Part shown: positions 41,191 to 54,436 of the stretch, one piece after another
Numbering within the stretch: position 1 is the first letter of the stretch
Layout: every line of letters starts with the position of its first letter
Source: Mesotaenium endlicherianum
Lineage: Eukaryota
DNA: 54,890 nt
Direction: 5' to 3'
Assembly (NCBI GenBank): GCA_009602735.1
Contig: WELA01003305.1
Span: 412,670-467,559 of the forward strand
Notes under the pieces: generated by a model
The model's database searches: none
What the model was told of the DNA's origin: nothing
Seen by the model: only the letters and a program-made list of their open reading frames with translations
Program-made: the position numbers and the translations under genes

Positions 41191-42199
41191 AACACATAAT
41201 AGGTGATTTTTCATCCATAATTATTTTTATGTTATTTTTGTATTGTTATTAGTAAAATATATTTGTATATGATTACCATGGTGATTTTTAAAAAAATAAT
41301 AATGCTAAGTTGTTGAATATTGTAAATAAAAAATTCAAAAAACAGTTATAGCATTCATTAAATATATATATTTATGTATTATCAATGCATTACAATTGTA
41401 TATATTATCAAAAAGAGTCATAAGTACTATTTAATAATAGAAGTTAAATAAATAAATATTCTAGTATAAATCACTTTGCATATTTACATATATATGCTGG
41501 ATTAACTTATATTGTTTTTGAAAATCATGAATTGATTTATTAAAATATAATTTTTTTTTGACAGTATAAGAATCTTTTGTATGATATATATATCTATAAT
41601 TATTATTCAGTCAATCTTGAAATTAAATAATTATACTTAGATTAATATAAAACATACATAACAGTGATGTGCGAAGCTTTTTTTATATTAAAAATGAGTT
41701 TAGAATATGTATTTGAATTCCTTATCTGAATTGATATTAAAATTAACATACACTTACTTGATTTTCTTAGATCATGTCATATGTATACATAAATTAATAA
41801 ATATATAGATATACAAATAGCAAAGTAATAATAATATACTTAATTATTTGAAAAAAAATATGTTGTGTCAATCCTTTAATTAAGTACAAAAAATATCAAT
41901 AGAAATTTTGAATTTTTATGTGAACACTGCGATGCCAAAAGTATCATGAGTAGTTAACGTTGTTGCAAGTAAATATTTGATATCACTTAGTGTTTGACTT
42001 TCATAAAATAACAATATATCATATATTTTTTTCTTGTTTAATATGTAATTGCTGCAGAACATAACAAGGTCTATATATCAATTATATGTATTTAATGTCG
42101 TCATCTTCGTAAATTTTACCATGACAATTATTGCAACTTTTGAAATTTAAAAAATTTATGTCGTCATCTTCCGTAGACAGATGAAATGTAAGGGTGCAA

Positions 42200-43380
42200 A
42201 AGAAATGTCATACATATGTTCAATTTAAATATGCAATTAAATTTTACCATAAATGAACATTCCGTCAAGAACTTGGCAAAAGATCTCTTCATTGTTAAAG
42301 TTGTGTGCCTTAGTACACATACCATCGGTAAAATCGTACGTTTTGGTGCGCATAGTAATGATGTCAATTACATAAACGTCATAAAGTAAAATTCTCGTAA
42401 GTTTAGGATCCGATCAGACTGGACCCGCTGGAGACTGATGGAGTTTGGCAAAGATTAAAAGTTTGTCAAATTTCTTTTATTTTCTCTTTGTCAGATGTCT
42501 GCAAAGCAACAAGTTGTTAAAAAATAACGAGGAACAATTTTATTTTCTTAATCATAGCTCCAAAGAAAACAACTTTGCCCCTCTGTTTATCGTTGGAAGT
42601 AAAACGCAAAGTGGAAGATTGATCAAAGAAGAGTTGAAGAAGAGGCTTAAAAAAAGACTGTTGGATTTGGATTTGGTGATTTACAACAAGACCCTTTCCT
42701 TTTGTAAGACGTTTGGTCTCTGCTTGGGAACGAGTAGTTGGCATCACAATAGTAGTGATAATGAAATACAAATTTGTCGTTTGCGCGTCAAATTGGCTGA
42801 GCAGATTAGTGTGAGGTAAAAGAACCAAGCTGCGTAGTTTGTCTTTATCCATACATGCTAAAATAAGAATAAAAAGAAATTTGAAATAGAGAAGAAAAAT
42901 CAACACGCGTTTTCACCAGTGTTGAGATTGTGAGAAGGACAAAATAGGACAAGAAAATATGTCAAAAATGAATGTCTGTATTATTGAGAATAATTGCTCT
43001 CTATTAGCATGAAGGTAACAAAATTGAATCCTTTACTATGCGCAAAACATTTTTTGAAAATGAGAAGAAGAATCAACATGCGTTTTCACCAGTGTTGAGA
43101 TTGTGAGAAGGACAAAATAGGCCAAGAAAAAAATGTCAAAAATGAATGTATGTATTATTGAGAATAAATGCTCTCTATTAACGTGAAGGTAACAAACCAA
43201 ATCCCTCACTACGCGCAAGAGTATCTATCGCAAAGTTCTGGAATATTTTGTCACCTACTCGCTCCAAAATTTCTTTTATTACGTGTGAGTGTTTGACTAT
43301 TAGTTATGAACGATCGTCCGTAATATCTGTATATTTGTGTATCAAACATTTGCTTGCGCAGCTTGAGCATGCACTAGTAC
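42200..43380 (-). mobile_element. Degenerate dispersed element B, right copy, with an internal ~172-bp tandem duplication (42888-43218)
   Basis: Reverse-complement homology to 10588-11030 and 12470-13150. gcgttttcaccagtgttgagattgtgagaaggacaaaatagg occurs twice. Confidence 0.6.
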
Positions 43381-43921
43381 TCTCATTGTGCTCTTGACTA
43401 TTGTATTTCTATGTGGACAACCACAAGTAGAAGTAAGCGATCTTTCAAAATTACATATCTTCTTTCATTTTTTTTCCTAATCAACAAAAATTCCTCAATA
43501 GGGTCAAATATCATAAATAGTGTCAAATATCACAAATGTACGACTAGGATTTAACAAATCTTGGAATTTTGGTTTGTTAATCATTTACTCTAAATTGTAT
43601 TTGGGTGCTAAATATCGAGAAGAACAAAGAGACGACTTAGTGGTGAGCACAACTATTGCCTTGAAATGATTAGTAATTCGCAAAAGTATCTACTTCATAT
43701 CTTCAAGCGGGATGAAGTTTTTTCACAACTTTGTGACAAATAGGAGTACGCTCAAACATCTACTTAGTAAAACTATGTTACGCAAAAGTTTGACAACTTT
43801 CTTAAATCACTACTTTGCTTGAATGAGTGGCACAATGGACTAACGGTGTCAAAGAATGCAGGGCACACGAGTACCTAGCCTTCCTAAATAGTAGTGGTAT
43901 ACTACATACTAAGAAAACCTT

Positions 43922-44013
43922 CACTAGTAGTACAAAAAATAAGTCTTGTACCCCAAGCACTTGTTCACCTGAATTGTGCTCAGCAGAGAAGACTTATTTT
44001 TGAACTAATGGTA
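43922..44013. repeat. Short imperfect inverted repeat (possible MITE relic)
   Basis: CACTAGTAGTACAAAAAATAAGTCTT ... AAGACTTATTTTTGAACTAATGGT. Confidence 0.4.
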
Positions 44014-44706
44014 CATTAAAGTACCAGTTCTTGGTTCTAAACAAGCACTAGCATACTACCTACTATTTACATTTCCTTGTAGATAAGTATGTTGACTCAG
44101 CAAAAAAAACTCGGTGTGACCAGCATGTATAAGTGCCAGCTGCATATCAAGCTGACCAGCTAGATACTATATAAGTGAAGTACGTCTCGCTCACGTAAAT
44201 GCAAAGAACAAATGTCAAGCTTATGGCCCTGAGCCAAATTGAATTGCATGCACAATATTTCACATAAAGAAAGGAACAGTCAATGCCTATTATGTGGACA
44301 TGCAACATGCATGCCAGACACTATTTATATTACTTCACTTCAAGATGTTGTTGACTATTACTGATGATCATATCATGCAACATTTGACCATTCAATAAGC
44401 GCAAGGCTCAGACCATAAAAGTCGACTTCCATGACACATGTTTTTCTCCAACCATGGCAATTGAAGTGCCCGCTCATGTGCGCACTGTGACTCCTATCCA
44501 ATCCAGTGCCTGTGACCTCTTCAGCGAGCAGATGACAACATAACTTTAACAACATCAGCGAGCTAAGTACATCATAACTTTAACAACAGTGACCCGTCAC
44601 CACATAAGCAAGTAGTACTCTTATAACCTAGCAGTAGCAGATAGAGCTTCTATGATACAAAAGTGATTTCATAAGCTAGTAGCAATGATTCGATCAAACA
44701 TCTCAT

Positions 44707-45098
44707 CTACTCCTCCGCCAGAAGCTCTATCTCCACCTTCGCATGAGGAAACTGCTCCAGAAGCTTCCCCCTCTTGGCGAGCTCAAAGTCCGCAAATTCA
44801 AACGCGGGCGCCACAGTGCACCCCACCAGAGAGTAATTCCGCTGGGGATCCCTCGGGGGGTTCTTTGCTCCACCCTCTCCCACGTCCAGGGTGGGGAAGG
44901 AGCCGAACCACACCCCGGGCGGCACCGTGTGCTGGAGCTTCTGGCCGCCCGCCAGGTCTTGCCCAAGGACGGTACGCTTCACCGTACCGCTCTCGTCGAT
45001 CTCCACCACCTGCATGCATCCACGCACGTGGGCAGGCACGCACGCTAAGACGCACGTTGTCATGCGGGCATGTTTGCGGGCACACAAAGTGCGTGCGC

Positions 45099-45130
<32 letters not shown>

Positions 45131-47676
45131 TGTTGGGGGGGGGGGGAAGAGAGTTGGGGCCTTCTCGCTCGCTTGCTTAACAGCAATCCCAATCCTGCAA
45201 GAGCGCAGCTGCCCGCAAACACGCGCCAGAGGTTGGAGCAGGGAGGTGGCGGGCGGGGGGGGACAGCAGAGTTTGGCAGCGGGCAACAGCTGGGCGCAGC
45301 GAGTAGGAGAAGCACACGTGCGCGGCAGCAGAGAGCACCAGCAGGCAGTAGCAGGTAGCACAGGGGCGCGTGAGCACGCGTGCGCGCAAGCGGGCACGCG
45401 GTAGCTCAGTAGGGGGGGGAGCTCCAGGAAAGCTGTAATGCTCTTCCTACTTTTGCTGTACTCTCGTATTCTGCTGGGCGAGAAGCTGGTTCAGGGTCGG
45501 CTTTGAGACGAGTGACTGATTGTTTCTAATCAGGGACAGCTGGGCAACTCACTACTACTTGAGGACGCACATACGTCCCAAGGAGGAAGAGAAGGGAGAG
45601 GGGGGGGGANGGAGTCGTGAAGGGCAGCAGGGGTGAACATCATAGATCTGCACTCGTGCCATATAGGGTTGTTGGGACCTTGGGGGACCTGAAGAGCAGC
45701 ATGAAGGGCGAAAAGGTGACCGATGGACCGATGGAGACTTCATACCTTTTACCTCACCCCTGGCTGGAAGAAAGTAGTTTCGAGTCTGCAGAGAGTCTGT
45801 GTGGGTCTGCACAGAAATACAGCCTGGGCAGGGTTCTGGAGGGCAGCTGCGAGCAGCGGGCACAGGGAGCGGACAAAGGAAGAGTGAAGAAGGAGCGCAG
45901 CCGAGCACGCATGTCGAGATGATTTTTGGAAATTTGTGCCAGCCTCATATATGTGTGTCTTACATGAAGTGAGGCGCTTGCGTGAAGGTTTTGGGCCAGA
46001 GCTGGGGCTTCAGGTTCGAAATCGGGAATTAGGATTCGAGGCTGAAACTCTGGGCCGAGGTTTTGGGGTCGGGGTGGCAGGCTCAGGGTTGGGGCTTGGG
46101 GCTCAGGATTTGGGCTTAGGGCTCTAAGTTACACGTTAGTGCTCGAGTCAGGTATCTATGGCGTACGGCTCAAACTCGGGTTTGGGTTTAGAGTTTTGAC
46201 TTGAGGGCCCCCAGAAACCATCTCAGAACAGGCACAGGGTAAAGGGCTCAGGGGTTGGGGTGCTGAGGACAGCCGGGGACAGCTGGGGACAGCTGGGAAC
46301 AGCCGGGGACAGCTGGCGAGGCGGAAGCAGGGAGGCGGAGGCGGAGAGGCAGAGGGAGAAGGAGAATGAGGAGGCGTACCGTGAGGGGGTCGCCAGAGTA
46401 GAAGTGCCAGACCTCGGCGGCAGGCATGCGGTGCAGGTGTGAAACGGAGCCTGCGGGTATGAGGAAGTAGATGGCGGTGCTCACGGGGCGCCCCACCTTG
46501 TCTGCGCTCCAAATTCCCCCCCACCCCCCATCCCAACCCCCATCCCACCCCACCCCACCCCTTCCCCACACACAGAACCACGCGTGAGGGAGTGTAAGGG
46601 AGGCGTGTGAGAGTGTGAAAGAGCGTGCTGGTGCGCTCGCGCGGGCGCGCGTGCCAGTGCTCGCGGGCTCGCGCGTTGCCCTCCTGGGGCTGCATGGGCT
46701 GCATGGGCTGGCGATTGAATGTACGTTGGCGCGCGCTCACGTGCACGTGGAGCGACAGCGCAGCAACACGTGCACGCGTGCTCACTTGTGCACACACACA
46801 CAAGTATACACACACCCACACACCCGCGCGGGCGCGTGCTCGCATGACTCGCACGTGCACTCGACATGCAAACATATAGTCACACGATCGTACACTCACA
46901 CAGACACGCACACAGGCGCGCGCACACAGACACACACACACACACACGCGCGCGCGCGCGTGCGCACCACGCACACAAGTATCGACAGATATGGTGCTAC
47001 ACATTGAATACGATGCGGTCCAGTCTGTATCTGAGCGCCCATGAGAAGCACCCGCATAAGTTTACAGGTGAAATATGTGAGTAGAAGACCACCCACATAG
47101 CCCCACACACGCGCGTGAGCATGTACGTAGGAGTACAAGTGTCGGTTTCTTCATGGTGGTACAAATACCTTTCTCCGCCAGCTTTCCCACTTTGTCTGCA
47201 TGCCTCTGTATTGAGATTAATTAATTTACAACAAAAAGGTTCTACACGCATATGCCCATTTATTCAATTCATAAGTTGCATTCTTTCACTACCGGAAGAG
47301 CTTCAGTACATATACAGGGGGCTTCATATATGCACACATATATGTATATATATCTCAATACATATGCATGTATATAGGCACATATAGAAAATGCATGTTA
47401 GTCTGTCTAGGAATGTGTGGGTGTGTGTGAATTTCTACAAAGAATGGGCAATAAAATGTGTGAAAGCTCAAAAGATATGACATGCGTGATGCACACATAT
47501 TGTTCATATATGTGTTCATAGCAACGAGGAAGAGGGAACCAACACTGGGGCGGCAGCTGGTCTGTGGTCAGCTGCACCGAAGTGTCGCGGAAATTCTCCG
47601 AGTAAAACCCCCCTTCTGGATGTGGCAGCAGATTGAGCAGCTTCGCCACCTCATCCATGGTCAGGGTTGGCGCCAT
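44707..47676 (-). CDS. DUF985 / cupin_5 (RmlC-like cupin) protein, 185 aa, 3 coding exons
   Basis: Exons 47676-47544, 46501-46380 and 45009-44707, all GT-AG and in phase. Motifs LxPHPEGGFYSE, STAIYFL, SHLHR…EVWHFYSGDPL, QHTVPPGVWFGS and YSLVGCTVAPAFEFADFEL. Confidence 0.95.
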
Positions 47677-50638
47677 GCTGGCCTATGCTGCTACTGCCTG
47701 CCACCTGTTCAGAATAGAGTAAGACATCCATTAACAAGTCTCACACATGCTGACCTGTGTGTGCATATACATTTACGTATATACATATGTTCATAAAAAC
47801 ATATTCTTTTATATATATATATATACATTTATTTTTTTTTTAATATTGTCATGCATATCACCATGTTCTTATGGTGAATGCTTGACTCCATACATCCTCT
47901 TCTGCATGAGTATCCCAGATATAGGATGTAAGTTGACGAATAATTATCAAAACGCTCTGAGAGCATGCTTCCTCTATTACTATTGGCCAAGTGTCTCCAT
48001 ACAATTGCCGCAGTTCGTCCAGCATCTGATATATGTTGGCTAACTGCCTGAGGTATCGATCAACTTTTACAAATAGACTGTGAAGACTATATAGACCTGG
48101 TGTTGAAAGTGTAAGTCGAGATCACAGATGTTCCTTATAGTAGCTTGTCTCCATGCAGCAGCTCGAACAGATACATATAACCACCTAGACAGCCACAATC
48201 AACAAAGTTCCAAACAAGAAACACACTTAGTGCAACTAGGAGTCCTCATTGCACGATCTCCCCTTTCTCCCTCTCCCTCGCGCACTCTCACCCTTTCTCT
48301 CTCCAAAAGTGAGTACATATATGTATGTGCATGCAAAGTAACAAACTATTGTCTCTCTCTTGTGGCCGAATGTTGCAGCTATGAAAGAGTCGGCAGAGAA
48401 GGAAAGCGGACCAACCGTTTTCAGGTTTGTGTCAACTTTCTCTTGAATTCTTACCTCAGGAGGCTGATCTGTGTCTCAAGCTGAAGATGAAGGGTACAAT
48501 AACAGGCCACAATGAGACAAGGTTATGTTATACAGCAGCTTTGAGATGAAAAGGCAGCGGAAGACGAGCAGATAATTATATCAATGAAGGAGCTTTGAAA
48601 CGTGATCAAACTTGACGAAACCTGATCAAACCTGATAAATGTGAAGTGAGGCCATTTCTATCAGTGTGCTCCCCTATATATGAAGCATGAATTAAGTCCA
48701 GAGTCCAGACTCCAACACAGTCTTTATTTCGAGCGACAATATGTGTACTAATATGTACAAAACCGTACACGAATAAACGGTCTACAGGCTACCACTTAGA
48801 TCAGCGGAGATCGATTAATATTTAACTAGATCGACGTCTGTCGACGTCGCTTAGCCCGAGGTAAGTGAGCTCACACCGATTAGCTCCTGGCAACTACTGG
48901 CAGCTCTAGAGATTCTTCTTGATTCTTCTGACACGTATTTACCGTACGGATGAAGATGCTGCCTATAGTCTGGAGCCTGTCGGCCCAGGGGGCAGTCAGA
49001 AGTCGGGATTCGGAATCAAGAATCGGTGATCGGAAATTTCAGGGACAATGAAGCACATCCCTCGAGCTTCGCGCCTTTTGCAAAGGAGCAGCATAAACAA
49101 GAAACGAAATACTACTCCACTGGCGCAAGACACGCACATGGGAGCTGCCATCTCTTATGTCGAGTGTGCCTTTCGGTGAATGACCATTGCTCCAAGCGTC
49201 ACGATGCAAGATTTGCCCAATAAGGGAACCGGCGTGCACTTTGGAAACTTACTAAGACCCATTTTGCTGCACTTCATAATTGTTCTGTCCCATTTGCTCC
49301 CGCGAGAGCTCTTTGTTTCCTCTAATGTCGATCCTCATGCTGGTCGTGCTGCATGTTGATATTTCGACACGCGAGCTGCTGTGTTCCATCTCCGCAGCTC
49401 ATGCATCAGAAACGGACAAGAAAAACGGTTCGGTCATACAAATTGATAGATTAAAGTGATCCAGGTCCCGCCTTTGGTGTCCCTTCGGCTTCACGGGGCA
49501 TCAAAAGTATTGACTTGAGAAACAGACGATGATGAAGATTCCTCTCAACCTTCTTCTGGCTTAGAAAGTAGATACTTAGACCCCCTTTTGAAGATGCCTT
49601 TGGGGCTACTTCTTGCTTAAGCACCAGGAATCTGCAGCATTCCGCTTTAGGATTTTCGTTGCCGACCAAATACTGCACATAAGCTAAGATGACATCAACA
49701 GCGAAGCGAATCCAGCGACTAGGTTGAGGGCTCCCGCCGACGTCCCCATGGGGTCTGACTACAAACCATACACGATTGACATGAGCCCTGAAACGCCAGG
49801 GCCTCACGACCCTGATCTATCCCCAGCCAGCCCCTGCACGCCAGGGGAGCTTTACAGGTGTCTTGCATGGCTCGGGTAAGAATGCCACTACACTTGACAC
49901 TTTCTCCTCCCCAGCTCTCGTGGGGAAGGGACTCGCGGGGGAGGAGGGAAAGCTTGACAGCTGTTACAAGTCAGCATCTTGTAGCACGGGACAGGTGTCG
50001 TCTTTTGAGAGAGGCTGTGAAGGGAGCAAGGGGCGAAAGTGCATTGGGGCTCAAAATGGGGGGGTTGGATATAGGGGGGTGGGGGTGGAAGGGAGAGGGA
50101 GGGGTGGCAGTGATGACACAGGAAGCCTGCACAATCTGTCTCTGGGATAGGTGCAGTTGATGAGAGGAGGGGTACAGGAGGGGTGCTTTGGACAATAGTG
50201 ATGGCGGCAGCAGCATCGGTACTTTGCTGTACGCAACGCACGCGTGTATGTGTACAAGATACTTGCGTGTCTTAAACCCTGTGCCCAGGTCTCCCGTCTT
50301 AAGCCCCGTCGTAAGCCATGCACTAGACTCCCCTACCCCCCACGACGGTGCGATACAGAAGCTCAGCTCCTCCCGGAAGTAGCCTCCAAAGAACAAAGTG
50401 TCTGAACGATACCCCCTCCTCGTGTTTGGAGCCGAAGGATAACGCTAAGGCGTCAGACTTCCCCACGAGGGCACTTTACTTCATCAGAGCATTTCTGATC
50501 TAAGAGTCTTTTATTCCAAGGTATGTCAGGTCTCAGATTATTCAAATCTCACAATATATCAGATCTCAGAGTTTTTAAATCTCAAGGTATTCAAATTCAC
50601 AGAGAGAGCATCGATCGTCAGATGCTAGGGATTTGCAG

Positions 50639-53600
50639 AGAGGCGCGGGTGTCGGGGGAGGTGCTGGGAAGCCCTGCTGAGGCGGGGCGTGGGGCACTGA
50701 CAGCTGTCGCAGCTTTAGAGCAAACATTTTGGAGGTTTACCGAATTTGGGAAAGGGCGACGGCGTGGGGGGTTTGGAATCCTCAAGATTCAATGCTAGTG
50801 TGACAGGTGGCTGTAATGAATGGCATCAAGGCATCAACACTAGCAGAGGGAGAGGGAGGGGTACAGTTACATGCGTGCGCACCAATCAGCCTAACCCCTT
50901 AAAATGCTGAGGCCACGTTCAATCAATTGGGATGTATTAACCTAAGGTCATCGGTATAAAATGTATTGGCATATGGTCAATTGCACAAGGTGTATTAGCC
51001 TAAGGTCACTAGTACTATGATTTAGTAAACTAATGGCCGCATCAGCCTGATACCATTAGTTCTAATTTATCAACGCGGGTGAGGGACGAGAAGGTCCAAC
51101 AGCAGCCATAAACCTCAGTTTCAGGCAGGAACAGGTCCAACCTTCAAATAAGAATACATAATTTGTCAAGAAACTTTCTTGTCAACGAACCCTAAACTTC
51201 CTTCCTTCTTTTCCCAAACCCCTTACCCCTTTACCCCNNNNNNNNNNNNNNNNNNNNNNNNNNNNNNNNNNNNNNNNNNNNNNNNNNNNNNNNNNNNNNN
51301 NNNNNNNNNNNNNNNNNNNNNNNNNNNNNNNNNNNNNNNNNNNNNNNNNNNNNNNNNNNNNNNNNNNNNNNNNNNNNNNNNNNNNNNNNNNNNNNNNNNN
51401 NNNNNNNNNNNNNNNNNNNNNNNNNNNNNNNNGGTGGGGGTGGGGATGGAGTGGGGGTTGGGCACTTTCTGAGTGAGTGAGAATTTCCCACAGAGGGTGT
51501 CAGAGACAGGGGCACTGAGTTGTTGAGCATCCCAGTCGCCAGATGCAGCTGGCTTCCGATCTCTAAAGCCCTAGGTTTGAGCGCAAAAACTGCGCCCTAA
51601 ATTCAAACCCTACATTCTGACACCCTAATCCAAGACCTCAATTCTAAAGGCAGCCCAGCAGTGAGCTCGCTGCTGTCGGCGGGGTGGCTGTGGGGGGGAG
51701 GGGGCGCCACACCATAGGTTTAGGTTTTCAGGTTTAGGGTTCTGAAAAGTAGCATGCGCAGCCCCTTACAGCCAACCCAGATTTGCAAACTCTAGAATCT
51801 TAACCCAAGCCCGACAACCCAGGCTGTGGCCAGGACGCACCCCATAACTTCAAGCTCTAAAGTCGCAGACTGAAATCCTGAAAGTGCAGGATCCTGAAGT
51901 CCAGGCACCGCAAAATCCTACATACGCAGAAATCTAAAACCCTAAACTTCTAAACCTTGAAAAATGCCCACCCTAGACCCTAAAAGTGCGGAGCCCCAGG
52001 CCCCTAGAAACGCAGCGCCCAAAACCCTAAAATCACACAACCCCAGCCTCCAACCCTTGACCCCAAAATTCTATATTTATTACCCTAGATCCTATCTCCC
52101 TAACCTTAACGCCTGGGAGAGCGCATGCTGTGTGTGCGAGCAGGCTGCGGTCGGCGGGGGGCACGCTGGGGCAGGTGGAGATGCTGCGCCGCGAGCTGGT
52201 GCTCCGGCGGCCCTGGCTGGACGACGCCGCCTTCTCCGACCTCCTCGCCTTCTCGCAGGTGAGCGCGCGCGCGTCTCCCTCGAGCTCGAGCTTTTCTTCG
52301 GATTGCGGCGTCCTTCCGCCACCTGTCCGCTCTGCCACCTGTCCGCTCTCTCTGAGCTCCCGTCGGTCGGCTCGACGCCCCCATCCCGTCCCGAACTGTT
52401 GTGGCGGGGGGTCGCGCACGGGACACCTGGCAGTCCCCCCCCCCAAAAACCGCACGCGTGCCACCCGCACGTCTCTTCTCTCTTCTTCTTATGATGGGTT
52501 GGCATCCCGTCCCCAATGAAGTCATCTTGCACGTGACACATGGCACACATGACACCTTGCGCACGTGACACCTGGCATGTGTGACGCACCTGCAGAGCAT
52601 CCCCGGGCCGTCGAGCCTGCAGATGGTGGCGGCGCTGGGGGCCCTGTGGGGGGGCGGCTTGCGTGGCGCCATCGGCTCCTCGCTCGTCTTCAGCGCGCCA
52701 AGTGTCGTGGTCCTATACATCCTGGTAAGCCCCTCTGTGCATTGCCCTTCTTCTGCTCGCCATGTGTCGCTATCGTGTACATCCTGGTAAGCCCCATCAG
52801 TCCCCGCCTGGTTTCTGCCTGCCGAGTGTCACGAACTTGTACATCCTGGTAAGGGCCCCTTCAACGCAGGTGCACGGTACAAGTGTCGCATCAAGGCAGA
52901 TGATGGTGGGGACCACCTGATGTTGTTGATGTGGCGGGCTGTGAGGGAGGAGCAGCAACCAGAGAGAGAAGGGGGGGGGGGGATAAATGGCTTTGCTTCT
53001 GTGCCAGCTGGCACAGCAGGTCATAGCATCAGAAAGCGCAGCTGTGGGGGTGGTCCTCGGCTGAGTCATTGCTGAGTCACTACTGAGTCACGACAGGCTG
53101 AGTCCGCATCGCTGGAGGGGTGTTGCTGACTGTTGCTATGCACTTTGACACATGTACAACGTGTGTGTGAATATTGGAAGGGCAAACTCTCTAAGCAGGA
53201 GTAATCCAACAAAGTATTTGAGTAATTGAAAATGGATTTGGTCAAAAGCGCATCTTGCGGGGGGCACAGAATGCGTAATTTTCTACACGAGTAATTTTTT
53301 TACACACGAAGTGCCCGCCTGTGCACCTGTGCGTGTGTGTGCGCGCGTGCATGCATGGGTGCGTGTGTGTGCAAATCTATGTATGTGCGTGTGTTTTCTG
53401 CGTGTGTGCGCTTGTGCGTTTGTGAACGCTCCTCAAATGTGCCCCGGCCTCTATGCGTGCGCGTGCACACTTGTGTGCGTGCGTGTGTGCTTGTTCGTGC
53501 CTGCGCGCGCGCGGTTACAGGCGAAGAGGGTGGCACACTACGCGGAGCGCGACCCGCGCGCCATCGTGAGCCAGTTCTTTACCGAGTTCGGGCCAATTGT

Positions 53601-54400
53601 CAGCGTCGAGGCGCCCATCGCCTTCATGGCCGAGGTGCGCCCCCTCGCGCAAGCGCGCGCGCGCGCCCGTGTGCTCGTGCGCCCGTGCGTGCGTGCGTGC
53701 ATTTCCGGCCGACGCCAACCTTGAACAAGCGCGCGCGCTCTCTTGCTCGACTCTGGCCTCAAACTCTTGCGCCTCCCCCGCTCCCTCCTCTCACTCGAGA
53801 CTTCAGGGCGCTTTTTAAACCTCAAACCAGAAACGCAAACTTGGGGGGGCCTTAATCCCAACGGGGCGCTCTTCAAGCCCTAAGTGAGAGTGGTCATGGC
53901 CCTCGACCTTGTACTCATAACCCCAGGGCACAAACCATCCCCCCCAGTTGAAATGCACCTTTTCACCCCCCCCNACGACGGGACCATGTAGGAAGACGAC
54001 CGGGGTCGAAGGTCCGGGTGTGAGGTGGCGGGTCTCTGACAGATGGCAGGCTCGGCTGCTCGCTGACAGGTGGCGGTCGGGATGGCGCCCGCGTGCGTGG
54101 GGCTGGTTCTTTACTCCGCCTGGCGCTCCCTGCATGCGGTGAGGCGCGCCCGTTCCTAACTGTCTGCCTGCCTGCTTGCCTGCCTGCCAGCCAGCCTGTT
54201 TTTCTGCCTGCCTGTATGCCTGCCTGCCTGCCAGCCGACCTGTATGCCTGCTTGTCTGCGCGCCTGATTGCTTCCCAGCCTCCCCTGTCTGTTTGACTCT
54301 CTGCCAGTCTCTCTGTCTGCCTGTCTGCCTGCCTGCAAGTCTGATGGATGCCGGTCTGCCATTGACTGCCTGCCAGCATGTTGGTCTGCCAGCCCGCTTG

Positions 54401-54436
<36 letters not shown>

